Shown: positions 47,307 through 57,627 of the stretch, one piece after another
Layout: the number at the start of each line of letters is the position of its first letter
Position numbering within the stretch: the first letter of the stretch is position 1
DNA from: Candidatus Gastranaerophilales bacterium
Lineage (GTDB): Bacteria; Cyanobacteriota; Vampirovibrionia; Gastranaerophilales; Gastranaerophilaceae
Direction of reading: 5' to 3'
Assembly (NCBI GenBank): GCA_944322705.1
Contig: CALUPR010000001.1
Span: forward strand, 1 to 60,113
DNA: 60,113 nucleotides
Notes under the pieces: generated by a model
The model's database searches: none
Told to the model about the DNA's origin: nothing
The model's input: the letters and a program-made list of their open reading frames with translations, nothing else
Position numbers and translations under genes: made by a program

Positions 47307-48820
47307 TGGTTGAACAATTTGAACTTAATCCGTTTGAGATTAAAACCGAAATAGCAAATCTATTAACAAAATTGTGTGATGTAAAAGACTTTGAAAATTA
47401 TGAAATCCATTACAGGATTCTTGATATGCAAAGTGACAAAAGCATTATAGTTAAACTTTTGTTTAAAGAAATAAATTCTTTGCCGCAAAATCCTGATTTA
47501 ATTAAATTTTTACTAAAGCGATACTGTCCTCAAAAAGAACTTATAGAACGCTTATGGAATATTATAAAAAATAATATGGCTTCAAATAATGCAAAAATTT
47601 TTGCGCTTGATCTTTTAAGAGATATAGACACTAACTGGTCTTACGAAGAGTGTGATCAATATTTTGAAAATCCAAACGAATTGGTTACTGCGGATACAAA
47701 AAAAATACTGGATAATGCCATTTTAAATCCAGAGGTTCAAATAGATTTTTTGGATTTTTTGAGTTCATTGCCTGATAATGACAAAATTGTACTGTTAGAA
47801 TCATTATCTGACGACTATTCAAATGATGAACTGGCTAATATGCTTATTCCGGTATTTTTATCAATGTCTGACACCGAAACCGGTAAAACAGCTCTTAATA
47901 TTCTGGGGAATTCAAAATCCCAGCTCGCATATCATGCATTAAACACTTCTCTTGGATTTATTGATGATAAACTTAAACCGCTAATTAATAAAAATTTATC
48001 AATTTTGAAACTTTCCGGAATCAGAGAAGATAATTCTCTTGAATTTTACAAAGAGCTTTTAAAGGATTCAAAGCCTTATAAATTTTGTATAACATATCCG
48101 GACGGACAAGGGAATCAAGCTGTTATAATATCAAGAATTAAAAAATCCGGTAAAATTCAATTTGTTGCAATTGTAATCGATGACTACAAAGGCATTAGGG
48201 ATTGTTTCGGGTTTAATGAGATTTCAAAATTTGAGTGTAATGCTATAATTGAAAGATTTTACAGAGGACAAAGAGCAATAGAATTAGAACCGGGCGTTCT
48301 AAAATCAATATTAGAATATTCAGAAAAACTTTCAGGATGCAAGGTTCCATATGAATATATATGCTGGAAAAATCTGCTTGCAGACATTGAACCTGCGAGC
48401 CTGCAACTGAATTATAAACCAACACATCTTTCAAATAAAGACTTTGAAGATGTTTTAAAATATGATTTTACAGATTTTTGGTTTTTAAACAGCAATTACA
48501 GTGACGAATATGAAACGTTCTTGAAAAATTTAGAAAATGTACAACCAGAAGATTTCGACAAGTTTATTGATAATAATCTGGAAAAAGTATTCTTTGAAGA
48601 TGAATACAATATCTGGCATGAAAGAATTTTGCATACTGCGATTTTAAAATATTTTTCGGGCAACGAGAAGGCTGCAAAAAATTTATATTCGCTGTATAAT
48701 GATAAAACACTTGTGCACGACTTTTTCAAAAACATTTTGCGTAAAAGTATTTATGAATATTATTTTGCCAAAAATGATAAGGAAAAAGTCAAAGCAATAG
48801 AAGAAATGTGGGTAAAATAA
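47306..48820 (+). CDS. Hypothetical protein with HEAT-like N-terminal repeats
   Basis: TGATG overlap with upstream gene; helical repeats then PDGQGNQ...GIRDCFG beta region. Confidence 0.75.
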   Translation: MVEQFELNPFEIKTEIANLLTKLCDVKDFENYEIHYRILDMQSDKSIIVKLLFKEINSLPQNPDLIKFLLKRYCPQKELIERLWNIIKNNMASNNAKIFALDLLRDIDTNWSYEECDQYFENPNELVTADTKKILDNAILNPEVQIDFLDFLSSLPDNDKIVLLESLSDDYSNDELANMLIPVFLSMSDTETGKTALNILGNSKSQLAYHALNTSLGFIDDKLKPLINKNLSILKLSGIREDNSLEFYKELLKDSKPYKFCITYPDGQGNQAVIISRIKKSGKIQFVAIVIDDYKGIRDCFGFNEISKFECNAIIERFYRGQRAIELEPGVLKSILEYSEKLSGCKVPYEYICWKNLLADIEPASLQLNYKPTHLSNKDFEDVLKYDFTDFWFLNSNYSDEYETFLKNLENVQPEDFDKFIDNNLEKVFFEDEYNIWHERILHTAILKYFSGNEKAAKNLYSLYNDKTLVHDFFKNILRKSIYEYYFAKNDKEKVKAIEEMWVK

Positions 48821-49221
48821 TGTATAAAATAATGGCACTTGATATAGGAACCAAAAGGATAGGAGTTGCTCTGAGCGACTATTTGCTTATGCTTTCAAAC
48901 GGGCATTCATGCCTTATGCGCCAGCCCGAAAATAAAGCCCTTGAAGAAATTAATAAAATTGCCCAAAATAATAACGTAAAAAAAATTGTAATAGGTATAC
49001 CTTTAAATATGGATGGAACTCAAGGCGCTCAAGCACAGGATTGTAAAAATTTTGCATCAAAAATAACAGATTACGAAATTATTTTTGAAGATGAAAGACT
49101 CACATCAGAAGCAGCAGAAGAAAATTTAAGACAAAAAAAAATAGACTTTAGAAAAAACAAAGGACTGGTTGATATTGAAAGTGCTTGTATTATACTGGAA
49201 CAGTACCTTAGCAAAAAATAA
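48820..49221 (+). CDS. ruvX: YqgF/RuvX family nuclease
   Basis: ALDIGTKRIGVA, GIPLNMDG, DERLTS; TAATG overlap. Confidence 0.95.
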   Translation: MYKIMALDIGTKRIGVALSDYLLMLSNGHSCLMRQPENKALEEINKIAQNNNVKKIVIGIPLNMDGTQGAQAQDCKNFASKITDYEIIFEDERLTSEAAEENLRQKKIDFRKNKGLVDIESACIILEQYLSKK

Positions 49222-49243
49222 AAAAGAAAGGACAAAATAAACT

Positions 49244-49501
49244 ATGGCAGATGAAGATCAAATTATTGAAACACTTGATGAAAACGGTAATGTCATCAAA
49301 TTTGAATTGTACGATATAGTAGAAGTTGATGAACAAGAGTATGCTCTTTTGTTACCGGTTGAAGAAGAAGGTGATGAAGTCGTTCTTATGAAATTAACAA
49401 AAGACGGCGAAGACTATTTATTTGAAACAATTGATGATGATGAAGAGTTCGACAGAGTTGCAAATTATGTTGAAAATATGGATGATGAAGACGAGGAATA
49501 A
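49244..49501 (+). CDS. DUF1292-like small acidic protein
   Basis: LDENG...F...EYALLLP...IDDDEEF; follows ruvX. Confidence 0.82.
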   Translation: MADEDQIIETLDENGNVIKFELYDIVEVDEQEYALLLPVEEEGDEVVLMKLTKDGEDYLFETIDDDEEFDRVANYVENMDDEDEE

Positions 49502-49504
49502 ATT

Positions 49505-50866
49505 TTGTTTGAAAAGTTTACCGAAAAAGCAATAAATGTTGTAAGTACTTCACAAAGCATAGCCAAGGAGATGAAAGCTGATAAGGTTTACCCGGAGCAT
49601 CTTCTTCTTGCGCTTTTTGATGAAGCTAAAGGAATTTCTTTAAAAATATTTAAGTCATATGATATAACTAGAGATAAATTAGCGGATAAAATCAGAGAAA
49701 TATCCCACAAAACGGTTGTGTCTAACATTACCAAGCCATTACCGTTTGATGACAATATCAAAGAAATTTTAAAAAAATCACTTGACTTAGCAAATAAGTC
49801 AGGTAATCCTACAATACTTTACGAACATTTATTTCTTGCGGTAATTTCAGATAAAAAATCTCTTGATGTAAAAATGCTGGAAGACTTAGGCTTTGATATT
49901 TACAAATCAAAAACTCTTCTTGAAAAACTTGTTCAAAAGAAAACAAAACGCCTTTATCATCCTGAAATAGATGAAAAAAAAGAAAATATCGAAAATAAAG
50001 CTAAAGAAACTGATAATATATTTGACAGTGAAGAATCAACAAAAGTCTTTCAACGTGCTGTTTCAAAACTTTCTGCTTCTAATTACGAAATTTTGGGAAC
50101 AGAACAAATTCTTTCTTCAATTTTAGAAGATAAAGACTCTGAACTTTCAAAAATATTTGCACAATACGGCGTAACAAGCGAGAATTTTGAAGAAAAACTT
50201 GAAAAAATTCAATCAAGACAGGCTGAATATGAAGGAAGGCAAATAATTTTTACTCCCAACGCTTTCACGACAATGAACATGGCGCTTCAGACCGCAAAAG
50301 AACTTGGTTCATCAGTTGTATTGCCCGAACATATTGTGCTCGGTCTTTTGAAAACGAAACGCGGAATAGCTTACGATATATTAAAGGAATTAAAAATACG
50401 TGATGACGATCTTGCTCACAGCATAATAAAACCAATCGAAAAACAAATGCCGGAAACATTAACTATATTACGCCTTGCAAAAGAAGAAGCCAGACGCCTT
50501 GGAAGAAACATCGTCGGAACGGAAATGTTTTTACTTGGCATTATCGGGGAAGCCACAGGAATCGGAGCACAGGTGCTTTCAGAACTTGAAATCAATATAA
50601 AAGATGCAAGAGCAGTGGTTGAAAACCTTATAGGTTTCGGAAATGAATACTATGATACGGAAATTGTATTCACTGAACGTGCAAAAAGGGTTCTTGAAAC
50701 AGCATGGGAATTAGCTAAAAAAGATCATAAAGATAAAATTGAATCATCTCATATGCTTCTTGCTCTGACGACAGAACCTGATTCACTTGCGATGAAAGCA
50801 CTTGAACAGCTTGGAGTTGATGCTGTAGAGATAAAAGAAGGAGTGAAAAAGTTCAAAGAGGCATAA
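49505..50866 (+). CDS. Protein composed of three Clp N-terminal domains, no ATPase
   Basis: MFEKFTEKA start; EHLLLAL/EHLFLAV, TEQIL/EHIVLGL, TEMFLLG/SHMLLAL repeat pairs; no Walker motifs. Confidence 0.88.
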   Translation: MFEKFTEKAINVVSTSQSIAKEMKADKVYPEHLLLALFDEAKGISLKIFKSYDITRDKLADKIREISHKTVVSNITKPLPFDDNIKEILKKSLDLANKSGNPTILYEHLFLAVISDKKSLDVKMLEDLGFDIYKSKTLLEKLVQKKTKRLYHPEIDEKKENIENKAKETDNIFDSEESTKVFQRAVSKLSASNYEILGTEQILSSILEDKDSELSKIFAQYGVTSENFEEKLEKIQSRQAEYEGRQIIFTPNAFTTMNMALQTAKELGSSVVLPEHIVLGLLKTKRGIAYDILKELKIRDDDLAHSIIKPIEKQMPETLTILRLAKEEARRLGRNIVGTEMFLLGIIGEATGIGAQVLSELEINIKDARAVVENLIGFGNEYYDTEIVFTERAKRVLETAWELAKKDHKDKIESSHMLLALTTEPDSLAMKALEQLGVDAVEIKEGVKKFKEA

Positions 50867-52132
50867 GTGATTGTAGAGCAAGTAAAAAATTTTATATCAA
50901 AAAATAATTTATCAGGCACATTTATCGTTGCATTTTCCGGCGGATACGATTCAATGTGCCTTTTAGATATTTTAAACAAATTAAATTATGATATTGTTGC
51001 TGTTCATTTAAATCACAACTGGCGCGGGAATGAAAGTTTATTAGAAGCTGAAAACTGTTACGAATTTTGCCAAAAGAATAATATAAAATTTTACACAGAA
51101 ACACTTGATGACAATATTGAAAAAAATGAAACAGCGGCAAGAGAAGCAAGATATGATTTTTTTAAGAGATGCGCAAAAAGATTTAATTCAAATATAGTTT
51201 TTACTGCACATAACTTTGATGATAATGCTGAAACTGTTTTATACAGGATTATAAAGGGTACCGGAACAATAGGGCTGCAAGGAATAAACGAGCATCGAGA
51301 TATTTTTTACAGACCTCTTTTAAAAATAACAAGAGAAGAAATAGAAAAATATTGCAGATTAAATAATTTAGCGCCGAATGTTGACAGCTCAAATTACAAC
51401 ACCAATTATAAAAGAAATTTTATAAGACATAAAATTTTACCTGTCTTAAAAGAAATAAATCCGAAAGTAACAGAAGCGCTCAATACTTTGTCAGAAATTG
51501 CTAAAGATGAGAATAGTCTTATTGAAAGCTATTTGCCTTCAAATATACTTGAAGCTTCTGGTATTGAACAAAAAAGAATTATATATAAAATTTTGAATAA
51601 ATACAATCTTGATTATGATAAGAAAAAAATCGATTATATTCAAAAATATATAGATGAAAATAAAAACTCAAAGTCAGGTAAAAAAATGTCGCTTGCACAA
51701 GATTTATGGCTTTTTGTAAACGAAAAAAAAGTTGAATTAGTTGAAAAAAAACAAAAAAATACGCAAGAAATTAAAATTACAGCAACAGGTAAATATCTTT
51801 TTGAAGAATATGAATTTTCAATAGAACCCGCATCACAAACTCCTTCTGTTTTTCCTGACGATAATGACTTTAAAGCTTATATTGAAACTGAAAAAATTAA
51901 TTTTACACTAAGACATCGAAAAAACGGTGATAAAATTTTTCCACTCGGAGCCAAAGGCTCTCAAAAATTAAAAAAATACCTTAATGAAAAAAAAATTCCG
52001 CAGCATGAAAAAGATAAACTTGTTTTACTTTGCAATAACAATAACGTTCTTTGGGTTGCAGGTATAGGTCTAAGCGACGAATTAAAAGTTATAAACAGAG
52101 CAACACATGTACTGACATTAAAAAAGAGGTAG
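50867..52132 (+). CDS. tilS: tRNA(Ile)-lysidine synthase
   Basis: SGGYDS, AREARY, AHNFDDNAET, RPLL, RNFIR. Confidence 0.96.
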   Translation: MIVEQVKNFISKNNLSGTFIVAFSGGYDSMCLLDILNKLNYDIVAVHLNHNWRGNESLLEAENCYEFCQKNNIKFYTETLDDNIEKNETAAREARYDFFKRCAKRFNSNIVFTAHNFDDNAETVLYRIIKGTGTIGLQGINEHRDIFYRPLLKITREEIEKYCRLNNLAPNVDSSNYNTNYKRNFIRHKILPVLKEINPKVTEALNTLSEIAKDENSLIESYLPSNILEASGIEQKRIIYKILNKYNLDYDKKKIDYIQKYIDENKNSKSGKKMSLAQDLWLFVNEKKVELVEKKQKNTQEIKITATGKYLFEEYEFSIEPASQTPSVFPDDNDFKAYIETEKINFTLRHRKNGDKIFPLGAKGSQKLKKYLNEKKIPQHEKDKLVLLCNNNNVLWVAGIGLSDELKVINRATHVLTLKKR

Positions 52133-52135
52133 GTT

Positions 52136-52675
52136 ATGGATATAAAAAAATTAAAAGTTTTGTTTACTGAAGAAGAAATACAATCAAGGATAAAAGCCCT
52201 CGCAGATGAAATGAATACTTTTTACAAAGGTGAAGAGGTTTACGCAATATGCGTTCTAAAAGGTGCTGTAATGTTTGCTACTGATCTTGTTAAAAATCTA
52301 AACATGCCTTTAAAAATGGAATTTATCAGACTGTCCAGCTATAACGGCGGGACAACAACATCAGGGAAGGTTAATGCAGTTGATATTTCACTTCCGGATT
52401 TGAACGGGAAAAATGTATTGATTATTGAAGACATTGTCGATACCGGACTTACTGCAAAATTTTTACTTGATTTTATGAACTGCAATTTTCACACAAAATC
52501 TACTAAATTCTGTTCATTGCTTGACAAAAAAATAAAACGTGTCACTGAAGTTGAACCTGATTACTACGGTTTTGAAGTAGATGACAAATTTCTTGTAGGT
52601 TACGGGCTTGATTTTGACGGATATTACCGGAATTTAAAATATATTGGATATTCCGACAAATTCCCTCTGGAGTAA
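52136..52675 (+). CDS. hpt: Hypoxanthine phosphoribosyltransferase
   Basis: VLKGA, IIEDIVDTGLT, VGYGLD. Confidence 0.96.
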   Translation: MDIKKLKVLFTEEEIQSRIKALADEMNTFYKGEEVYAICVLKGAVMFATDLVKNLNMPLKMEFIRLSSYNGGTTTSGKVNAVDISLPDLNGKNVLIIEDIVDTGLTAKFLLDFMNCNFHTKSTKFCSLLDKKIKRVTEVEPDYYGFEVDDKFLVGYGLDFDGYYRNLKYIGYSDKFPLE

Positions 52676-53777
52676 AATTTTGAACAAATACAAAGAATTC
52701 ACAAAACTTATAACAAAAATATCAGAAATTAATAATGGTAATGAGAGCAAAATTTTTGATATATTAAAACAAATTATAGACTTTAAATCAGGGTACATAT
52801 TTTTTCTGAACCCTGAAAGACTCATATATTCATTTAATCCCAAAGTAAAAGCAATAAAAGAAATTAAAGAACAAAATTTACAGGAAAATCTTAAATTTAA
52901 AAATTCCGTTTTTGGGGTAATTATCATTACAGGCGATAACTATTCAGATGCAGATAAAGAAATTTTTAAAGCATTTGCTTCAATGACAGCAAATATCATA
53001 AAAGATGCCGAACTTACAAAAGTTATAAAAATGCAAATTAGCGCATTGCAGCAAGGTTGCCTAGATGCATGCCAAAATACTGTGAAAATTAAACAGGCTG
53101 ATGAAATCAGGACAAAATTTTTATCACAAATTACTCACGAATTGAGAACGCCGCTTAATTCAATATTGGGATTTTCAGAGCTTCTGGAAAACGAATTTGC
53201 GGGGAAACTCAATGCTAAACAAAAAGAATATGTTAATGACATAAAGATTTCAGGTATAAATTTGCTGGGTATGATTAATGAAATTCTTGACATGTCTAAA
53301 ATAGAAGCAAAAGCAGCAAAGCTAAATATGCAGACTTTTTCGGTTACAACTGCCATAAATGAAGTTGTTAATACAATAATGCCTTTAATTATTAAAAAAA
53401 ATATAAAATTTACAAAATTTACGGAAGATATTGAAATTAATGCAGATTATATTAAATTTCAAGGAATAGTACTAAATCTTTTAGGAAATGCCATAAAATT
53501 TACTCAAGAAAACGGTGAAATCAGCATCAGAGCATATAAGTCCGGCAAAAATTTGCTTTTATCAGTAAAAGATAACGGAGCAGGGATAGATAAAAAATTT
53601 CATAAAAGCATATTTAATTATTTTGAACAAGGAGAAAATTTTTCTAAAAACTCTACCGGTCTTGGACTTGCCATAACAAAAGAATTTGTAAAAATGCACA
53701 AAGGTAAAATTGATTTAAAAAGTGAACTGAATAAAGGAACGGAATTTATTATTACACTGCCGATAAATATATATTGA
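52644..53777 (+). CDS. Cytoplasmic sensor histidine kinase (GAF-like, HisKA, HATPase)
   Basis: THELRTPL, NLLGNAIKFT, DNGAGI, GLGL; start uncertain. Confidence 0.9.
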   Translation: MDIPTNSLWSKILNKYKEFTKLITKISEINNGNESKIFDILKQIIDFKSGYIFFLNPERLIYSFNPKVKAIKEIKEQNLQENLKFKNSVFGVIIITGDNYSDADKEIFKAFASMTANIIKDAELTKVIKMQISALQQGCLDACQNTVKIKQADEIRTKFLSQITHELRTPLNSILGFSELLENEFAGKLNAKQKEYVNDIKISGINLLGMINEILDMSKIEAKAAKLNMQTFSVTTAINEVVNTIMPLIIKKNIKFTKFTEDIEINADYIKFQGIVLNLLGNAIKFTQENGEISIRAYKSGKNLLLSVKDNGAGIDKKFHKSIFNYFEQGENFSKNSTGLGLAITKEFVKMHKGKIDLKSELNKGTEFIITLPINIY

Positions 53778-53825
53778 TTTTCCTTTAAAATATGCTATAC
53801 TCAAAAAATAGAGAGGGCTTATAAA

Positions 53826-54539
53826 ATGGCATCCATTATAGACGCTTTTGAAGAATCTTTCCATGATAATCATGCGCTTACAAAATTTATAATATTTGCA
53901 ATTCCCGTATATTATTGTGTTGATTTATACAGTAAAAATGATGATGCATTCTGGTTTGTCAGCGCTTTGGTGTTTATATTGCTTTTCGGTTTTATGCTTA
54001 AATGTACTTCAAATGTAAGAAACGGTAAAAATTATGTAATGCCTTCTTTTAATATATTTTCAATGTTTTGGTCAGGGATTAAAGGGCTGGTTGCAATTGG
54101 ACCTATACTTGCAATTTTGTCATGGCTAGCCGCTGCTGCATGTAATTTCCTGAATAAATATTTTACAGAGCCTGATTCAATGACTGTTTGGCGAATTATT
54201 GTCTGGGGGCTTTTCATATCATTTATGATGACAGGATATCTGTGTTATGCAAAAAATTTTAAAATATCTGATGCATACAACTTAAAAACAATAGCTGATT
54301 CTTGTGTTGATGTCTTTGCAGGCGTGCTTTTTATGATTCCTCAAGTACTCATTGTAAATGCAATAATTGCAGGTCCGATCACATATTTAATCTGGTTGTT
54401 TTTTGGAATTCCTCATCCTATTGCCGTATTTTTCTGGAGTATGTGTTTAATATTCAATCTTGCACTTGTAGGACATTACCTTGCTCAAATTGACTATGAA
54501 GCAATTGCTGGTGATGACAAAAAAAATGAAACTATTTAG
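53826..54539 (+). CDS. Hypothetical polytopic membrane protein (DUF4013-like)
   Basis: ~5-6 TMs; sigma70-like promoter 53774-53801. Confidence 0.7.
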   Translation: MASIIDAFEESFHDNHALTKFIIFAIPVYYCVDLYSKNDDAFWFVSALVFILLFGFMLKCTSNVRNGKNYVMPSFNIFSMFWSGIKGLVAIGPILAILSWLAAAACNFLNKYFTEPDSMTVWRIIVWGLFISFMMTGYLCYAKNFKISDAYNLKTIADSCVDVFAGVLFMIPQVLIVNAIIAGPITYLIWLFFGIPHPIAVFFWSMCLIFNLALVGHYLAQIDYEAIAGDDKKNETI

Positions 54540-56517
54540 CCATTTCACGCAATTTTTTAAGTTTATCGCGAATATCTGCAGCACGTTCAAAGTCAAGAAT
54601 TTTTGCAGCTTTATGCATGTCCTTTTCAAGCTTATCAATAAGCTTTGGCAAATCTTTCTTTTCAATATTCAATTCAACCATTTCTTCAGCTACAATATCT
54701 TCAAGATCTCTGTAACTTGCAACTAGTGAAAGCAGATTATTTTCAATAGGTTTTTTAATAGTCTGAGGTACAATACCGTACTTTTTGTTATATTCAAGCT
54801 GAATTTTTCGTCGTCTTTCTGTTTCTGATATAGCTTTTTCCATTGATTCTGTAATTCTATCAGCATACATTATAACCTCACCGCAGGCATTACGTGCTGC
54901 ACGTCCTATTGTCTGTATAAGACTTGTCTCTGAACGTAAAAATCCTTCCTTATCTGCATCCATTATAGCAACAAGGGATACTTCGGGAATATCAAGTCCT
55001 TCTCTTAAAAGATTAACACCAATTAAGACATCAAATTCCCCAAGGCGCAAATCACGTAAAATTTCAACTCTCTCAAGAGATTGAATTTCACTATGAAGGT
55101 ACCTGACTTTTATCCCTTCCTGAACAAAAAAGTCAGTTAAATCTTCAGCCATACGTTTGGTAAGTGTCGTAATCAAAACACGTTCATTTTTATCTGTACG
55201 TTTTTTTATTTCATTTTTTAAATCTTCAATCTGAGATTCAATAGGACGAACAGATATTTTCGGGTCGACAAGACCTGTAGGTCTTATAATCTGTTCAACT
55301 AACCTAGCGGATGTTTTTCTTTCAAAATCACCGGGAGTAGCAGAAATATAAATTTTCTGATGTACTTTTTTAAAAAATTCATCATTTTTAAGCGGTCTGT
55401 TATCTCTTGCACAAGGCAGTCTGAACCCGTATTGAATTAAAGTATCTTTTCTTGAAGCATCACCATGATACATACCTTTTAACTGCGGAAGAGTAACATG
55501 AGATTCATCAATAACAGTTAAAAAATCACCCTGAAAATAATCCAAAAGAGTTGCAGGAGCAGAGCCGGGCGGACGACGTTCAATAATCCTTGAATAATTT
55601 TCTATACCGGAACAATAACCCATTTCTTTAATCATTTCAATATCATATTTCACCCGCTGTTCAAGTCTTTGGGCTTCTATGAGCTTATTTTCACTGTTTA
55701 ATTCAGCAAGGCGCTGCTCTAATTCTTTGCGAATTAAAGATATAGTTTCATCCACATTTTCATCGTAAGAAAGATAGTGAACAGCAGGATAAATTACAAC
55801 TTTTTGAGGGCTTTCAAGAATTTCGCCAGTTACATTATCAATTCGTACGATTTTCTCAATTTCATCCCCGAAGAAGTATATTCTGGTTACGATTTTTTCA
55901 TAAGCCGGCATAATTTCTACAATATCACCTCTTGCGCGAAATGTAGAACGTTCAAGGACTAAATCATTACGAGTATATTGAATACTTATTAAATGTCTCA
56001 ATAAATCATCCCGTGAAATTTCATCTCCAACATTCAATTCCACAGAACCTTTAAAATAATTTTCAGGCAGCCCCAAACCGTATATACAACTTACAGATGC
56101 GACTATAATAACATCATTTCTTTCATACAAACTTCTGGTTGAGTTATGCCTGAGCCTGTCTATTTCTTCGTTTATTGATGCAGATTTTTCTATAAAAGTA
56201 TCAGTTCTTGGAATATAAGCTTCAGGTTGATAATAATCATAATAGCTTATAAAATATTCAACCGCATTATCAGGGAACAGTTCTTTAAATTCGTTATATA
56301 ACTGAGCAGCAAGAGTTTTATTATGCGCAATAATAAGAGTAGGTTTTTGCACACGTTCAATCACATTAGCTATGGTAAATGTTTTACCGGAGCCTGTAAT
56401 ACCAAGCAATGTTTGAGCATCATCTCCTTGATTTAAGCCTTCAACCAGTTGTTCTATTGCTTTTGGCTGATCGCCTGCCGGTTTGTATTTTGATGATATT
56501 TTAAATCTGCGTTCCAT
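54532..56517 (-). CDS. uvrB: Excinuclease ABC subunit B
   Basis: [33 protein letters not shown]; start at MERRF. Confidence 0.98.
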   Translation of the reverse strand: MERRFKISSKYKPAGDQPKAIEQLVEGLNQGDDAQTLLGITGSGKTFTIANVIERVQKPTLIIAHNKTLAAQLYNEFKELFPDNAVEYFISYYDYYQPEAYIPRTDTFIEKSASINEEIDRLRHNSTRSLYERNDVIIVASVSCIYGLGLPENYFKGSVELNVGDEISRDDLLRHLISIQYTRNDLVLERSTFRARGDIVEIMPAYEKIVTRIYFFGDEIEKIVRIDNVTGEILESPQKVVIYPAVHYLSYDENVDETISLIRKELEQRLAELNSENKLIEAQRLEQRVKYDIEMIKEMGYCSGIENYSRIIERRPPGSAPATLLDYFQGDFLTVIDESHVTLPQLKGMYHGDASRKDTLIQYGFRLPCARDNRPLKNDEFFKKVHQKIYISATPGDFERKTSARLVEQIIRPTGLVDPKISVRPIESQIEDLKNEIKKRTDKNERVLITTLTKRMAEDLTDFFVQEGIKVRYLHSEIQSLERVEILRDLRLGEFDVLIGVNLLREGLDIPEVSLVAIMDADKEGFLRSETSLIQTIGRAARNACGEVIMYADRITESMEKAISETERRRKIQLEYNKKYGIVPQTIKKPIENNLLSLVASYRDLEDIVAEEMVELNIEKKDLPKLIDKLEKDMHKAAKILDFERAADIRDKLKKLREMAK

Positions 56518-56610
56518 ATAAAAATTATAACCTAATATAAAAATAGTAGCAAAAAATATTTTTGACAAACGTATATATATTTGCGAAAATAAAACACAAG
56601 GTTTTTAATT

Positions 56611-57627
56611 TTGATACAACAGGTAACACAACAAAGTCATAGCCAGAATAAGACTATAAATAACGAAAAGAAAAAGTATCATGACCCGCTGAATAAAGGG
56701 GTTTTTGTTGTCCTGTCAAATTCAAACGAAATTGGTACAGCAATATCAGACATCGCACCTAAACTCGGGGCTGCTCTTTGGGCTCCTACTTTTATGTATC
56801 TGGGAGCAGATATCTACGATAAATACAAAAATGATAAGAATAATTATAACCCGAGTGCTAAACGTGCATTTAAAAGAGCAATATATCAGGCATTAACTTC
56901 TCTTGTAGCAATGCCTGCCGCAATCATTTTAGGTAAATATATAATTTCTCCGCTTGGCAAACTCGACAAATCCGGTGTTTCCGGCAATACAAAAGATGCA
57001 ATATATCGACACACAAAAGATATTATATCCCAAGCACATGGATATGCATTTGAAAGCTACGATAATTTCAAGAATATTGTATTAACTACGCTACAAAATA
57101 AAATTGACAGCAGAAAAAATGAAATTAATACAACCAACGTTTTTAATAAATATTATAAAAAAATTTTTACGGCTAAATATCAGCTGCTAAGCAATAATGA
57201 AGAAAAGATTTTACAATTCTGCGAACATAATGCAAAAAAAACTTTTGAAATATTTGAAGCGCTGAAAAATAACAATCATAAAAAAGTTCCGCATAAAATA
57301 TTAAAAAAATACAATAAGATTCTGCCGAAAATGAAAGAAATTTATAAGGAAGCAGATTATTCATATCAGGCTACCAGAAATGCACTTATGGAATATCAAA
57401 CATCACTTATCTTTAAAAATAAACTTGCTAAAACAATAAGCGGTATAGCCGTTATCTTTTTATTAACAAAACCTGTTAATGATTTTGTTGACAAACAAAT
57501 TATGAAAAAAGTGATTAATCCTGGAATTGATCAGATAGCACAAGCTTCAGTTAATGACTCAAGGCTAAAGAAAATATTTAATGACATGAAATATTTTAAT
57601 CAGAATTCAAAAAACGCGAATGCATAG
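56611..57627 (+). CDS. MTFP1/MTP18-like membrane protein
   Basis: LSNSNEIGTA...YLGADIYDKYK...YQALTS and C-terminal GIAVIFLLTKPVNDFVD resemble eukaryotic MTP18 motifs (by eye). Confidence 0.7.
   Translation: MIQQVTQQSHSQNKTINNEKKKYHDPLNKGVFVVLSNSNEIGTAISDIAPKLGAALWAPTFMYLGADIYDKYKNDKNNYNPSAKRAFKRAIYQALTSLVAMPAAIILGKYIISPLGKLDKSGVSGNTKDAIYRHTKDIISQAHGYAFESYDNFKNIVLTTLQNKIDSRKNEINTTNVFNKYYKKIFTAKYQLLSNNEEKILQFCEHNAKKTFEIFEALKNNNHKKVPHKILKKYNKILPKMKEIYKEADYSYQATRNALMEYQTSLIFKNKLAKTISGIAVIFLLTKPVNDFVDKQIMKKVINPGIDQIAQASVNDSRLKKIFNDMKYFNQNSKNANA

Noticed and set aside
49505-50866. clpC pseudogene
   Set aside because: Intact ORF with three diverged N-domains and no AAA+ remnant before tilS
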